From Crocosphaera subtropica ATCC 51142 (lineage in GTDB: Bacteria > Cyanobacteriota > Cyanobacteriia > Cyanobacteriales > Microcystaceae), in NCBI RefSeq assembly GCF_000017845.1, contig NC_010546.1:3990001-4022000 (forward strand): 32,000 nt of DNA, in the 5' to 3' direction. Shown one piece after another: positions 1-6,672 of this stretch (within the stretch, counting starts at the first letter, position 1; every line of letters begins with the position of its first letter). The notes beneath the pieces are model-generated. The model was not told the DNA's origin. It ran no database searches and saw nothing but the letters and a program-made list of their open reading frames with translations. A program made the position numbers and the translations under genes.

Positions 1-398
1 TGACACCTGATAAAATAACCGGAGCAACTAACGAATTAGCAAAAGAACGAAATCGTGCAGCAGCAGAACGAACCATGACTGCATGGATACAAAATTGTTT
101 AACATTAGTTGGATTTGGATTTGCTATTGACCAAATTTTTCAAGCATTACAACAAAAGTTTCCTCATAAAAATCCCTCAATCACTATAGAATCAGCCCAT
201 TCTATCAGTTTAATTTTAATTGCTATAGGAATTGGTTTATTGATTATTGCGATGGTTCAACATTACTTTGAGGTACAATCAATTAAACGAGATGACTATT
301 TTTTTTATCCTAGTCACTATCTAAATATTATTGTTGTTTTCGCAATTATTGCCTTTGGTTTTGTCTCTCTATTCATTATATTTCTAGGAATTAATTAA
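1..398 (+). CDS. DUF202 (YidH/YidG-like) small inner-membrane protein; 5' end outside the window
   Basis: Frame 3 is open from base 3. Upstream of the tracked Met it reads TNELAKERNRAAAERTMTAWIQN, the DUF202 signature (LAxERTxxAWxRT), followed by hydrophobic helices. It is a paralog of the next gene. Confidence 0.75.
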   Translation, partial: TPDKITGATNELAKERNRAAAERTMTAWIQNCLTLVGFGFAIDQIFQALQQKFPHKNPSITIESAHSISLILIAIGIGLLIIAMVQHYFEVQSIKRDDYFFYPSHYLNIIVVFAIIAFGFVSLFIIFLGIN

Positions 399-437
399 AT
401 TTAAACTATCAAATACAAAGATTAATTATAAAGTAAA

Positions 438-827
438 ATGACAAATCCTAATCCTGGTACAGAACTAGCAAAAGAACGAAATCGCGCAGCACAAGAAAGG
501 ACTTTAATGGCGTGGATTCGGACTTCTTTAACCTTAATTAGTTTTGGTTTTGGTATAGAAAGAATTGTTTCTATTCTTAATCAAAGTGTAGGAGAAATTG
601 CAAATCCGATTCGTTTATCTCGAATTTTAGGGGTTTCGTTTATTGCTTTAGGCACTTTTTCTTTATTAGCTGCAGCAGTCGATTATCGTCGTCAACTTCA
701 AAGAATTCAACGCAATGATTTACTTTATCAGTCCAGAAAATCTCCCACACTTATCGTTGCTTATATTCTTGCTTTGTTAGGAATTATTGCTTTTTTGGGG
801 ATTATCATTGGTCCGTTGATTACTTAA
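438..827 (+). CDS. DUF202 (YidH-like) small inner-membrane protein
   Basis: 129 aa. The N-terminus ELAKERNRAAQERTLMAWIRTSLTLISFGFG matches the DUF202 signature, and three predicted TM helices follow. It is in tandem with the previous paralog, separated by a 39-bp gap. Confidence 0.8.
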   Translation: MTNPNPGTELAKERNRAAQERTLMAWIRTSLTLISFGFGIERIVSILNQSVGEIANPIRLSRILGVSFIALGTFSLLAAAVDYRRQLQRIQRNDLLYQSRKSPTLIVAYILALLGIIAFLGIIIGPLIT

Positions 828-1016
828 ATATAAGCTATATCGCTACTATTAACAGGTGGTCCAGGAAGTGGAAAATCATCTCTTTATGGGGCGAATCTTC
901 ACGAGGCTGAAAACATAACACCAGAACAAATTCAAGAAGCAAGGGATTGGAAAATTGTATTTTACGATCCAGAATTTAGAGAAGCGTTAGGATTAGCATT
1001 AGAAGACACTGAATAA
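828..1016 (+). pseudogene. Gene remnant: Walker-A fragment fused to the C-terminal tail of a pentapeptide-repeat protein, with no start codon
   Basis: Frame 3 is open from the previous stop and reads LLLTGGPGSGKSSLYGANLHEAENITPEQIQEARDWKIVFYDPEFREALGLALEDTE*. GPGSGKS is a P-loop. The tail ANLxxAxNITPEQI...W..A.YD.EFR..LGL is typical of cyanobacterial pentapeptide-repeat protein C-termini. No ATG, GTG or TTG starts a credible ORF. Confidence 0.35.
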
Positions 1017-1024
1017 TGAATCAT

Positions 1025-1150
1025 GTCATTGCCAGGGAAATGATTCAGTAATAACTTCATTTATCATCCTTATCCCCCCGAAGCAATCTCTGGGTGTAGT
1101 TAAAGATTGCTTCAGAGGCAAACATAAAGACTCAAACCATTCTGCAATAA
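1025..1150. mobile_element. MITE-like nested-palindrome repeat, degenerate full-length copy
   Basis: gtcattgcc...ccccccgaagcaatct-[loop]-agattgcttcagagg...ctgcaataa. It is collinear with the better-preserved copy at 9295-9455. Confidence 0.5.
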
Positions 1151-1157
1151 AGAGTAG

Positions 1158-1174
1158 GGTGGGCAATGCCCACC
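1158..1174. terminator. Perfect 17-nt palindrome GGTGGGCAATGCCCACC, 9 nt 3' of the sulfatase-1 stop (terminator-like or REP-like hairpin)
   Basis: The sequence is self-complementary with an 8-bp GC-rich stem. The same element follows the two other sulfatase genes. Confidence 0.5.
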
Positions 1175-1183
1175 TGACAATTT

Positions 1184-3547
1184 TTAACTATCAAGATTGA
1201 TAGTAACTTGATCTAAATTCCCAGTAAAATCAAAGGGCGTTTCATACGCTTCTGTAACAGGGGTTCCGGTATCAAAGCCAACATCAAAGGTTTCATCGAT
1301 AGAAAGACGGTTAGGCAAAGTTTTCTCCACTCTTCCACTGCCAATTTTACGATTATTGGCGTAAAGAGTAACATTTCCCCCGGCAAAGGGTTCGTCTGCA
1401 TCGGTTTTGTAAACGGCTTTAAGTTTAACCTTTCCAGTGGGAATAGATTCAGTAGAAACAACGTCGTAATGAGCCGTATCAGCCAAGTTATAACTATAAA
1501 CCAGCTTACCGTCTTTAATATACAGCCCATAACCTCCAAAACGACCGCCATGAGTCATTAATACCCCTTCTGTACCATTATCAGGAATGATTACATCGGC
1601 TGTAATGGTATGATTTTTATGTTTCACATCGGGGGCAGAACCTTCGGTAATGCGTAAATGATCAGGATAACTAAAGGTCGTTCTTCCTTCAGTTAAACTA
1701 GGGCGTAAATCGACCCGAAAACGCTCCGTTTTGCGCGCATCTAACGGCAATACATCATATTTAGCTGCTTGTGCATAGAATAAGTCTTTCATCTCTTGCA
1801 ACTTATCCGGCATATCTGCAGCAAGATCCACTGCTTGGGTAAAATCTTCATCAATATGGTACAGTTCCCAATCAAGATGGAGTAAATCTTTATTGGAAGG
1901 AGTCGGGTCCCAAGGAATACTATTCAACGCACTAGCCATCCAACCATCATGATAAATGCCTTGATTACCTAACATTTCAAAGTATTGGGTATTGTGACGG
2001 GTTTTGGCGTTAGCATCATCAAAGGTATACACTAAACTGGTTCCTTCGATGGGTTTTTGGCCAATACCGTTGACTTCCACGGGGGGTTGAATACCGATCG
2101 CTTCTAATATGGTAGGAGCAATATCGATGATATGACTAAACTGATAACGAGTTGCCCCTTTATCTTTAATACGCGCAGGCCAAGAAACCGCCATCGCATT
2201 ACGAGTTCCCCCAAAGTGAGAAGCGACTTGTTTGGTCCATTGAAAGGGCGTATCCATGGCCCAAGCCCAAGCAGCCGGAAAATGGTTAAAATATTTAGGG
2301 CCGCCTAAGTCATCAACGGCAGCCAGTTTTGTCTCTAAATCTTCGGGTAAGGCGTTAAAGAAGGTATTTTCATTTAATAATCCTTCTAACCCTCCCTCTG
2401 CACTAGACCCATTATCCCCGGCAATGTAGAAGACTATCGTATTATCGAGAATACCTAAATCATCGATCGCTTGCACCACTCGACCCACTTCGTAGTCCGT
2501 TTGTGCGGTAAACCCTGCAAAAATCTCCGCCATTCGTGCATAAACCTTTTGTTCTTTTGGGGTAAGAGAGTCCCAAGCGGGTAACTCTTTGGGACGAGGG
2601 GTTAACTGAGCATCTTGAGGAATAACCCCCAGTTTCTTCTGTCTTTCAAAGGTTTCCTCACGATATTTATCCCATCCTATGTCAAATTGTCCCTTGAATT
2701 GATCGCTCCATTTTTCGGGGACTTGGTGAGGCGCGTGGGTTGCACCGGTGGCTAAATAGGCAAAGAAGGGTTTATCTGGGGAAATGGCGTGAACTTGACG
2801 AATATAGTTAATAGCATGGTCTGCTAAGTCAGTGGTAAGGTGATAAGGAGAGCCATCAGCGTTAGTTTTTGGGGCTTCTAAGCGCGTTGTATTCTCCACC
2901 AACGAAGGAGTATATTGATCCGTATCTCCCCCCACAAAACCGTAAAAATAGTCGAATCCTTGGGCGTTTGGCCAATGTTCAAAGGGACCTGCCATGCTGG
3001 TTTCCCAGTCAGGAACATTATGATTCTTGCCAAACCATGCAGTCGCATAACCATAGTCTTGTAATATTTTGGAGAAAGGGGCCGCACTTTTAGGAATAAT
3101 GCCGGAATATCCAGGGAAACCCGTTGCTACTTCTTGAATAACTCCTGTCCCCACAGAATGATGGTTGCGTCCGGTGAGTAAGGCTGCGCGAGTGGGGGAA
3201 CATAAAGCGGTAGTATGAAATTGAGTATAACGTAAGCCGTTTTTCGCAATTTTATCTAGGGTAGGCGTGGAAACTGCACCGCCAAAAGTTCCAAACTGTC
3301 CGTATCCGACATCATCGATGAGAACCAGTAAGATATTAGGGGCGTTTTCGATGCCGTAGTTAGCAGGAAGCTTTAATTCTGGTTTATCGGCGGTTGAGTC
3401 TTTAAAAGTGAGTCCGATATTACCGGTGAAGGGTTTATCGGGATGGGGAATTAATTCCTGTGCAAAGACGGGTGTTAAAGTTGTTTCTAGGACAAATGTT
3501 AAGGCGATGGCGATGGTTGCGATCGCTTTGAAAATAGATTTAAACAT
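1184..3547 (-). CDS. Arylsulfatase, AtsA-like ~780-aa type (Cys-type, secreted)
   Basis: 787 aa. It has an N-terminal signal peptide (...LTPVFAQE), the metal-site motif LVLIDDVGYG and the type I sulfatase signature LCSPTRAALLTGRNHHSVG (CxPxR formylglycine motif). A long C-terminal beta-rich domain is present, as in ~780-aa bacterial arylsulfatases. Confidence 0.93.
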   Translation of the reverse strand: MFKSIFKAIATIAIALTFVLETTLTPVFAQELIPHPDKPFTGNIGLTFKDSTADKPELKLPANYGIENAPNILLVLIDDVGYGQFGTFGGAVSTPTLDKIAKNGLRYTQFHTTALCSPTRAALLTGRNHHSVGTGVIQEVATGFPGYSGIIPKSAAPFSKILQDYGYATAWFGKNHNVPDWETSMAGPFEHWPNAQGFDYFYGFVGGDTDQYTPSLVENTTRLEAPKTNADGSPYHLTTDLADHAINYIRQVHAISPDKPFFAYLATGATHAPHQVPEKWSDQFKGQFDIGWDKYREETFERQKKLGVIPQDAQLTPRPKELPAWDSLTPKEQKVYARMAEIFAGFTAQTDYEVGRVVQAIDDLGILDNTIVFYIAGDNGSSAEGGLEGLLNENTFFNALPEDLETKLAAVDDLGGPKYFNHFPAAWAWAMDTPFQWTKQVASHFGGTRNAMAVSWPARIKDKGATRYQFSHIIDIAPTILEAIGIQPPVEVNGIGQKPIEGTSLVYTFDDANAKTRHNTQYFEMLGNQGIYHDGWMASALNSIPWDPTPSNKDLLHLDWELYHIDEDFTQAVDLAADMPDKLQEMKDLFYAQAAKYDVLPLDARKTERFRVDLRPSLTEGRTTFSYPDHLRITEGSAPDVKHKNHTITADVIIPDNGTEGVLMTHGGRFGGYGLYIKDGKLVYSYNLADTAHYDVVSTESIPTGKVKLKAVYKTDADEPFAGGNVTLYANNRKIGSGRVEKTLPNRLSIDETFDVGFDTGTPVTEAYETPFDFTGNLDQVTINLDS

Positions 3548-3714
3548 CGTTATTTTTTTGTTGTAATTTAGTTGAGCAACATGATTTTGATAAAGGGTTC
3601 AGTCGAAAAAGAGCAAACTGCTTGCATTCTATAAGGAAATACGCTCAGCTAAGATTAAAACTAGGTAAATGTTTACTTTATGTATAATTCAATCTGATTA
3701 TTAAGGATAGAATA

Positions 3715-4143
3715 ATGACTACAATCAAATTTATCTTGAATGCAAAACGAGTTTATCAGTTTTTGGGATTGTTAATCTGTATGTTATTAATTCAGGTTTT
3801 ACCCTCTAAACTATTGAGTGAAGATTTTACAACCAACCCTATACTAGATAAGATAACTTTTGATATTTCCGAAATTTCGGCTGATGGTTTAATTGGTTCA
3901 GTTGATGGGTTAAGGTATCTCAGTTATGAGTTTTGTATTCCTGGCAATGAGCAAGCAGTTGAGAGAATAAAAACTATAGATTCTACTATCAATATTTATC
4001 GTCAAAGTCCAGGGAGAATTAATTGTCAAAACAATCAATATCTTTGTGTGGGTGAGACTCATAATAAACAATGGAAGGAAATTCTTTTATCTATTGCTAA
4101 GTTAGATTATGTAGAACGTATTGATCAATTTTGGGGGGAATAA
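3715..4143 (+). CDS. Hypothetical secreted or membrane-anchored protein
   Basis: 142-aa ORF with an N-terminal hydrophobic segment (FLGLLICMLLIQVL) and 4 Cys in the mature part. It diverges from sulfatase 1. No recognisable family. Confidence 0.5.
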   Translation: MTTIKFILNAKRVYQFLGLLICMLLIQVLPSKLLSEDFTTNPILDKITFDISEISADGLIGSVDGLRYLSYEFCIPGNEQAVERIKTIDSTINIYRQSPGRINCQNNQYLCVGETHNKQWKEILLSIAKLDYVERIDQFWGE

Positions 4144-4144
4144 G

Positions 4145-4209
4145 AGATTGCTTCGGGGTGTTATTGATTAAAATTAAAGGTTATTGTTAATTTAACCCCT
4201 CGCAATGAC
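4145..4209. mobile_element. MITE-like repeat, right half only
   Basis: agattgcttcgggg...cccctcgcaatgac. It is about 90% identical to the right half of the copy at 4852-4966 and starts 2 nt after the stop of the upstream ORF. Confidence 0.5.
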
Positions 4210-4248
4210 ACCGATAATCTGTTTATAACACAAAGATGATTGAATTAC

Positions 4249-4530
4249 TTAAGGACGCAAGAGATTTGTTTTAGAGATGTTTATGGTGCTTCTTGACTCA
4301 TAAACTGACTCAAGAGAGTCTGCTAAATCATCTCCTGACCAACCCCCTGCATGACGTAATAATGATTCTCCTGATGCGGGACGATAAGAGATAGAAACAG
4401 TAGATTCTGTATTGGTAATTTCACTTTTTGCGTGACGAGATTTGATAAAAAGTAAAAAATCAAGAACTTCTTCCATAAGGGTTTCTGATGTAGTTTCAAG
4501 TTCTTGAAGCAAACGTTGTTTTGTTGTCAT
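4249..4530 (-). CDS. Small antitoxin-like protein (resembles the cyanobacterial DUF2281-type), orphan
   Basis: The likely start is the internal ATG at 4528-4530 (MTTKQRLLQELETTSETLMEEVLDFLLFIKSRH...), preceded by GAAAGAGG. The longer tracked ORF to 4614 runs into IS-derived sequence. No partner toxin lies adjacent. Confidence 0.5.
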   Translation of the reverse strand: MTTKQRLLQELETTSETLMEEVLDFLLFIKSRHAKSEITNTESTVSISYRPASGESLLRHAGGWSGDDLADSLESVYESRSTINISKTNLLRP

Positions 4531-4570
4531 AAAGTTGGAACCTCTTTCAAGACTGTATTGAATTAAAATA

Positions 4571-4848
4571 TAGCATTTCCCACAGTTATGAAGTACAGTA
4601 ACAGCAATGAGCAAACCAGTTACGAATATCTTTTTGAGTTACTTGTAACATGGCAAAAGTAAGAGAATCTATTAAATCTTTATAGTTTCTTGCTTTAATT
4701 TTTCTTAAAATAGCTTTGACCTTTGACCAAAAGTTTTCAATGGGAGAAAACTCAGGAGAATAAGGGGGTAAATACATTAAACTAGCTCCAGCTTCTTCAA
4801 TAGCCTCTCTGACTATTTCTCCTAAATGAATTTTAGCATTATCCATAA
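4571..4848 (-). mobile_element. Truncated IS630-family element: a 278-bp end fragment covering the last 86 codons of the transposase
   Basis: It appears base-for-base identical to 12090-12367 of the full copy, including the terminal repeat tagcatttccc and the flanking TA. Homology stops abruptly at 4848, next to a MITE end. Confidence 0.85.
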
Positions 4849-4851
4849 TCT

Positions 4852-4966
4852 GTCATTGCGAACGTAGCGGTAGCGAAGTGAAGCAATCTTTTTGTTTGGT
4901 TAGATTGCTTCGGGGTATTATTGATTAAAATTAAAGATTACTATTAATTCAACCCCTCGCAATGAC
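4852..4966. mobile_element. MITE-like nested-palindrome repeat (short variant)
   Basis: gtcattgcgaa...gaagcaatct-[11 nt]-agattgcttcgggg...cccctcgcaatgac. The terminal inverted repeats enclose an inner palindrome. Confidence 0.6.
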
Positions 4967-5176
4967 ATCGATAATCTGTTGTAGATATAATAACCAACAA
5001 TCACAGAATATATACAAAGATGACTCAATTACTTGAAGAAGCGATCGCTAAATTAAAAGCTTTATCAGATGATGAACAAGATGCCATAGCAACTATAGCG
5101 TTTCTAAATGAGTCGTGAATAAAAAAAGCTCTGTTTAGGTAAAATTAAAAGAGTAATTTCAAAAAGAAACAAACTC

Positions 5177-5389
5177 ATGATAACAGACAATAAGGAGAAA
5201 ATTGAGCTAATTAAAGAGTTTCTTGAAAATTCATCAAACGGGAGAGAGACTCAAAGAGCTTTAGCGGTAAAGTTAGTGCTAGAAGGCTATCGTTATGAAA
5301 GAGTCTCAGAAATTTTATCTGTGTCACTAGGATTTATTAGTAAATGGGTTAATGCTTTTAATTTTGGGGGTATAAATGGTTTAAAATAA
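5177..5389 (+). CDS. IS630 transposase N-terminal HTH segment, ending at an in-frame TAA
   Basis: 70 aa with an HTH (ERVSEILSVSLGFISKWV). After the TAA at 5387-5389 the same frame continues with GYKGSKSYLTNQERTEIIEWL..., which is typical IS630 transposase sequence. The TAA therefore looks like a nonsense change, for example from TTA. Confidence 0.7.
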   Translation: MITDNKEKIELIKEFLENSSNGRETQRALAVKLVLEGYRYERVSEILSVSLGFISKWVNAFNFGGINGLK

Positions 5390-5607
5390 GGATACAAAGG
5401 AAGTAAAAGTTACTTAACAAATCAAGAACGTACCGAGATAATTGAGTGGCTAATTGAACAAAAAACCTGGGATATTTCTGAACTAGAAGTTTATCTAATT
5501 GAGAAATATGATGTGGTTTATCAATCTCTTCAAAGTTATTATAAGATTTTAAAAGAGGCGAAAATTTCTTGGCAAAAGGGGCAACAAATTAATCCTAGAT
5601 ATCATGA

Positions 5608-6228
5608 AGAAGTCACTCAAAAAAAAACCAAGAAATAGCGCAAATTCTGGAAAATAGACGAGAGGAAATAGATTCAGGAAAGCTGATAGTGTATATAGTT
5701 GATGAATGTCATCTTCACTGGGAGGATATTTGCGGATATCTATGGAACTTAATAAAAGAACCCTTAAAAATTCCTCTTTTAAATCCTAAAGAAAGACAGA
5801 CATATTATGGGGCATTAAATTTATTAACTCAAGAATTTATTTTGCTTCCTTATCAAAAAGGAAATGGAAAAAACACGGTAGATTTTGTCCAACAATTACA
5901 GAAAAAAAATCCCGAAGCTAAAACCTTATGGATTTGGGATGGAGCCAGTTATCATAGAGGAAAAGAAATGCAAAAGTTTTTAGCTAGAGAAAATCAAGAT
6001 TTGTCACCAGAAGAATGGCGAGTAACCTGTTGTCTTTTTGCTCCTTATTCCCCTCAAGAAAATCCCGTAGAAGCAATTTGGTTACAACTCAAAACTTTAC
6101 TGAGAAGATTTTATAGATTTGGGAAAAATTTTAAAATTGTTAAACGTCTTTTTCAACTTTTTGTTGAGTTGAAACTATTCAATCTTCCTAATTTTAAAAA
6201 CTACGAGGCTTTTTCACGATTCAGTTAG
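5608..6228 (+). CDS. IS630 transposase DDE catalytic segment, reached only by a -1 shift at an A9 run
   Basis: Frame 1 is open from 5608 and contains IVDECHLHW...WIWDGASYHRG...PYSPQENPVE (DDE motifs). The upstream frame 2 closes at TAG 5636-5638. The overlap contains A9 at 5619-5627. Confidence 0.8.
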   Translation, partial: RSHSKKNQEIAQILENRREEIDSGKLIVYIVDECHLHWEDICGYLWNLIKEPLKIPLLNPKERQTYYGALNLLTQEFILLPYQKGNGKNTVDFVQQLQKKNPEAKTLWIWDGASYHRGKEMQKFLARENQDLSPEEWRVTCCLFAPYSPQENPVEAIWLQLKTLLRRFYRFGKNFKIVKRLFQLFVELKLFNLPNFKNYEAFSRFS

Positions 6229-6377
6229 ACTAGCTATATGATCTTAGAAGAAATTGAAGAGGAACGTCGTTGGGATAATTCTTTTGCTAATTCTTCGGAT
6301 GTTTTAGCTAAACTAGCTAATGAAGCAATGGCAGAATATAAAACGGGTAAAACGGAAGTATTAGACCCTGAAACCTT

Positions 6378-6647
6378 ATGAAATCTCGCACAACTGCTAA
6401 ACTTCGTAAGATGTTTACTAATTTACCTAAGCCTATTCAAGAACAAACCCGAAAAGCTTATCGGCAATTTCAAAAAGACCCTAATTATCCTAGCTTACGA
6501 TTCAAAAAAATTCATCCCACCTTACCCATTGATTCTGCCAGAATTACTAAGGATTATCGAGCCGTTGGTCAATTAGAGGGCGATACAGTAATTTGGTTTT
6601 GGGTGGGTTCGCATACTCAATATGATATGCTAATTAGCCAATTGTAA
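6378..6647 (+). CDS. RelE/ParE-superfamily type II toxin
   Basis: 89 aa. The stretch ...KAYRQFQKDPNYPSLRFKKI...ITKDYRAVGQLEGDTVIWFWVGSHTQYDMLI matches the conserved pattern of cyanobacterial RelE/ParE-like toxins. Its ATG overlaps the stop of the split antitoxin. Confidence 0.7.
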   Translation: MKSRTTAKLRKMFTNLPKPIQEQTRKAYRQFQKDPNYPSLRFKKIHPTLPIDSARITKDYRAVGQLEGDTVIWFWVGSHTQYDMLISQL

Positions 6648-6668
6648 GGTGAGCAACGCCCACCTTAC
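6644..6668. terminator. Hairpin shared by the convergent toxin and sulfatase-2 genes; a degenerate copy of the GGTGGGCAATGCCCACC palindrome
   Basis: gtaaggtg-agcaacgcc-caccttac. The core GGTGAGCAACGCCCACC (6648-6664) differs at 2 positions from the perfect palindrome. It overlaps the toxin stop and ends 4 nt from the sulfatase stop. Confidence 0.45.
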
Positions 6669-6672
6669 AGGT

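Larger units (their letters stand above)
5096..6236 (+). mobile_element. IS630-family insertion sequence, copy A (1141 bp), with TA target duplication
   Basis: Imperfect ~26-bp terminal inverted repeats are present (tatagcgtttctaaatgagtcgtgaa / tatagctagtctaactgaatcgtgaa). TA flanks both ends (5094-5095 and 6237-6238). Inside are an HTH ORF plus a DDE ORF. The spot-checked segments match copy B exactly. Confidence 0.9.
5020..6381 (+). pseudogene. Antitoxin gene of a RelE/ParE-type TA pair, interrupted by IS630 copy A
   Basis: Codons 1-25 lie at 5020-5094 (MTQLLEEAIAKLKALSDDEQDAIAT). The rest lies at 6238-6381 (MILEEIEEERRWDNSFANSSDVLAKLANEAMAEYKTGKTEVLDPETL*). Removing the IS plus one TA copy restores one 72-codon frame, whose TGA overlaps the toxin ATG (ATGA). 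Confidence 0.65.

Noticed and set aside
1213-3093. Tracked ORFs 1213-1551 (-), 2869-3093 (+) and 2878-3087 (-) inside sulfatase 1
   Set aside because: They lie wholly within the strongly supported 787-aa sulfatase frame, either antisense or in an alternative frame. Their composition is low-complexity or odd and they have no motifs, so they are shadow ORFs.
4531-4614. N-terminal extension of tracked ORF 4249-4614
   Set aside because: The extra 28 codons run into the terminal repeat of the IS630 fragment. The internal ATG at 4530 has a GAAAGAGG ribosome-binding site and begins the conserved MTTKQRLLQELE sequence.
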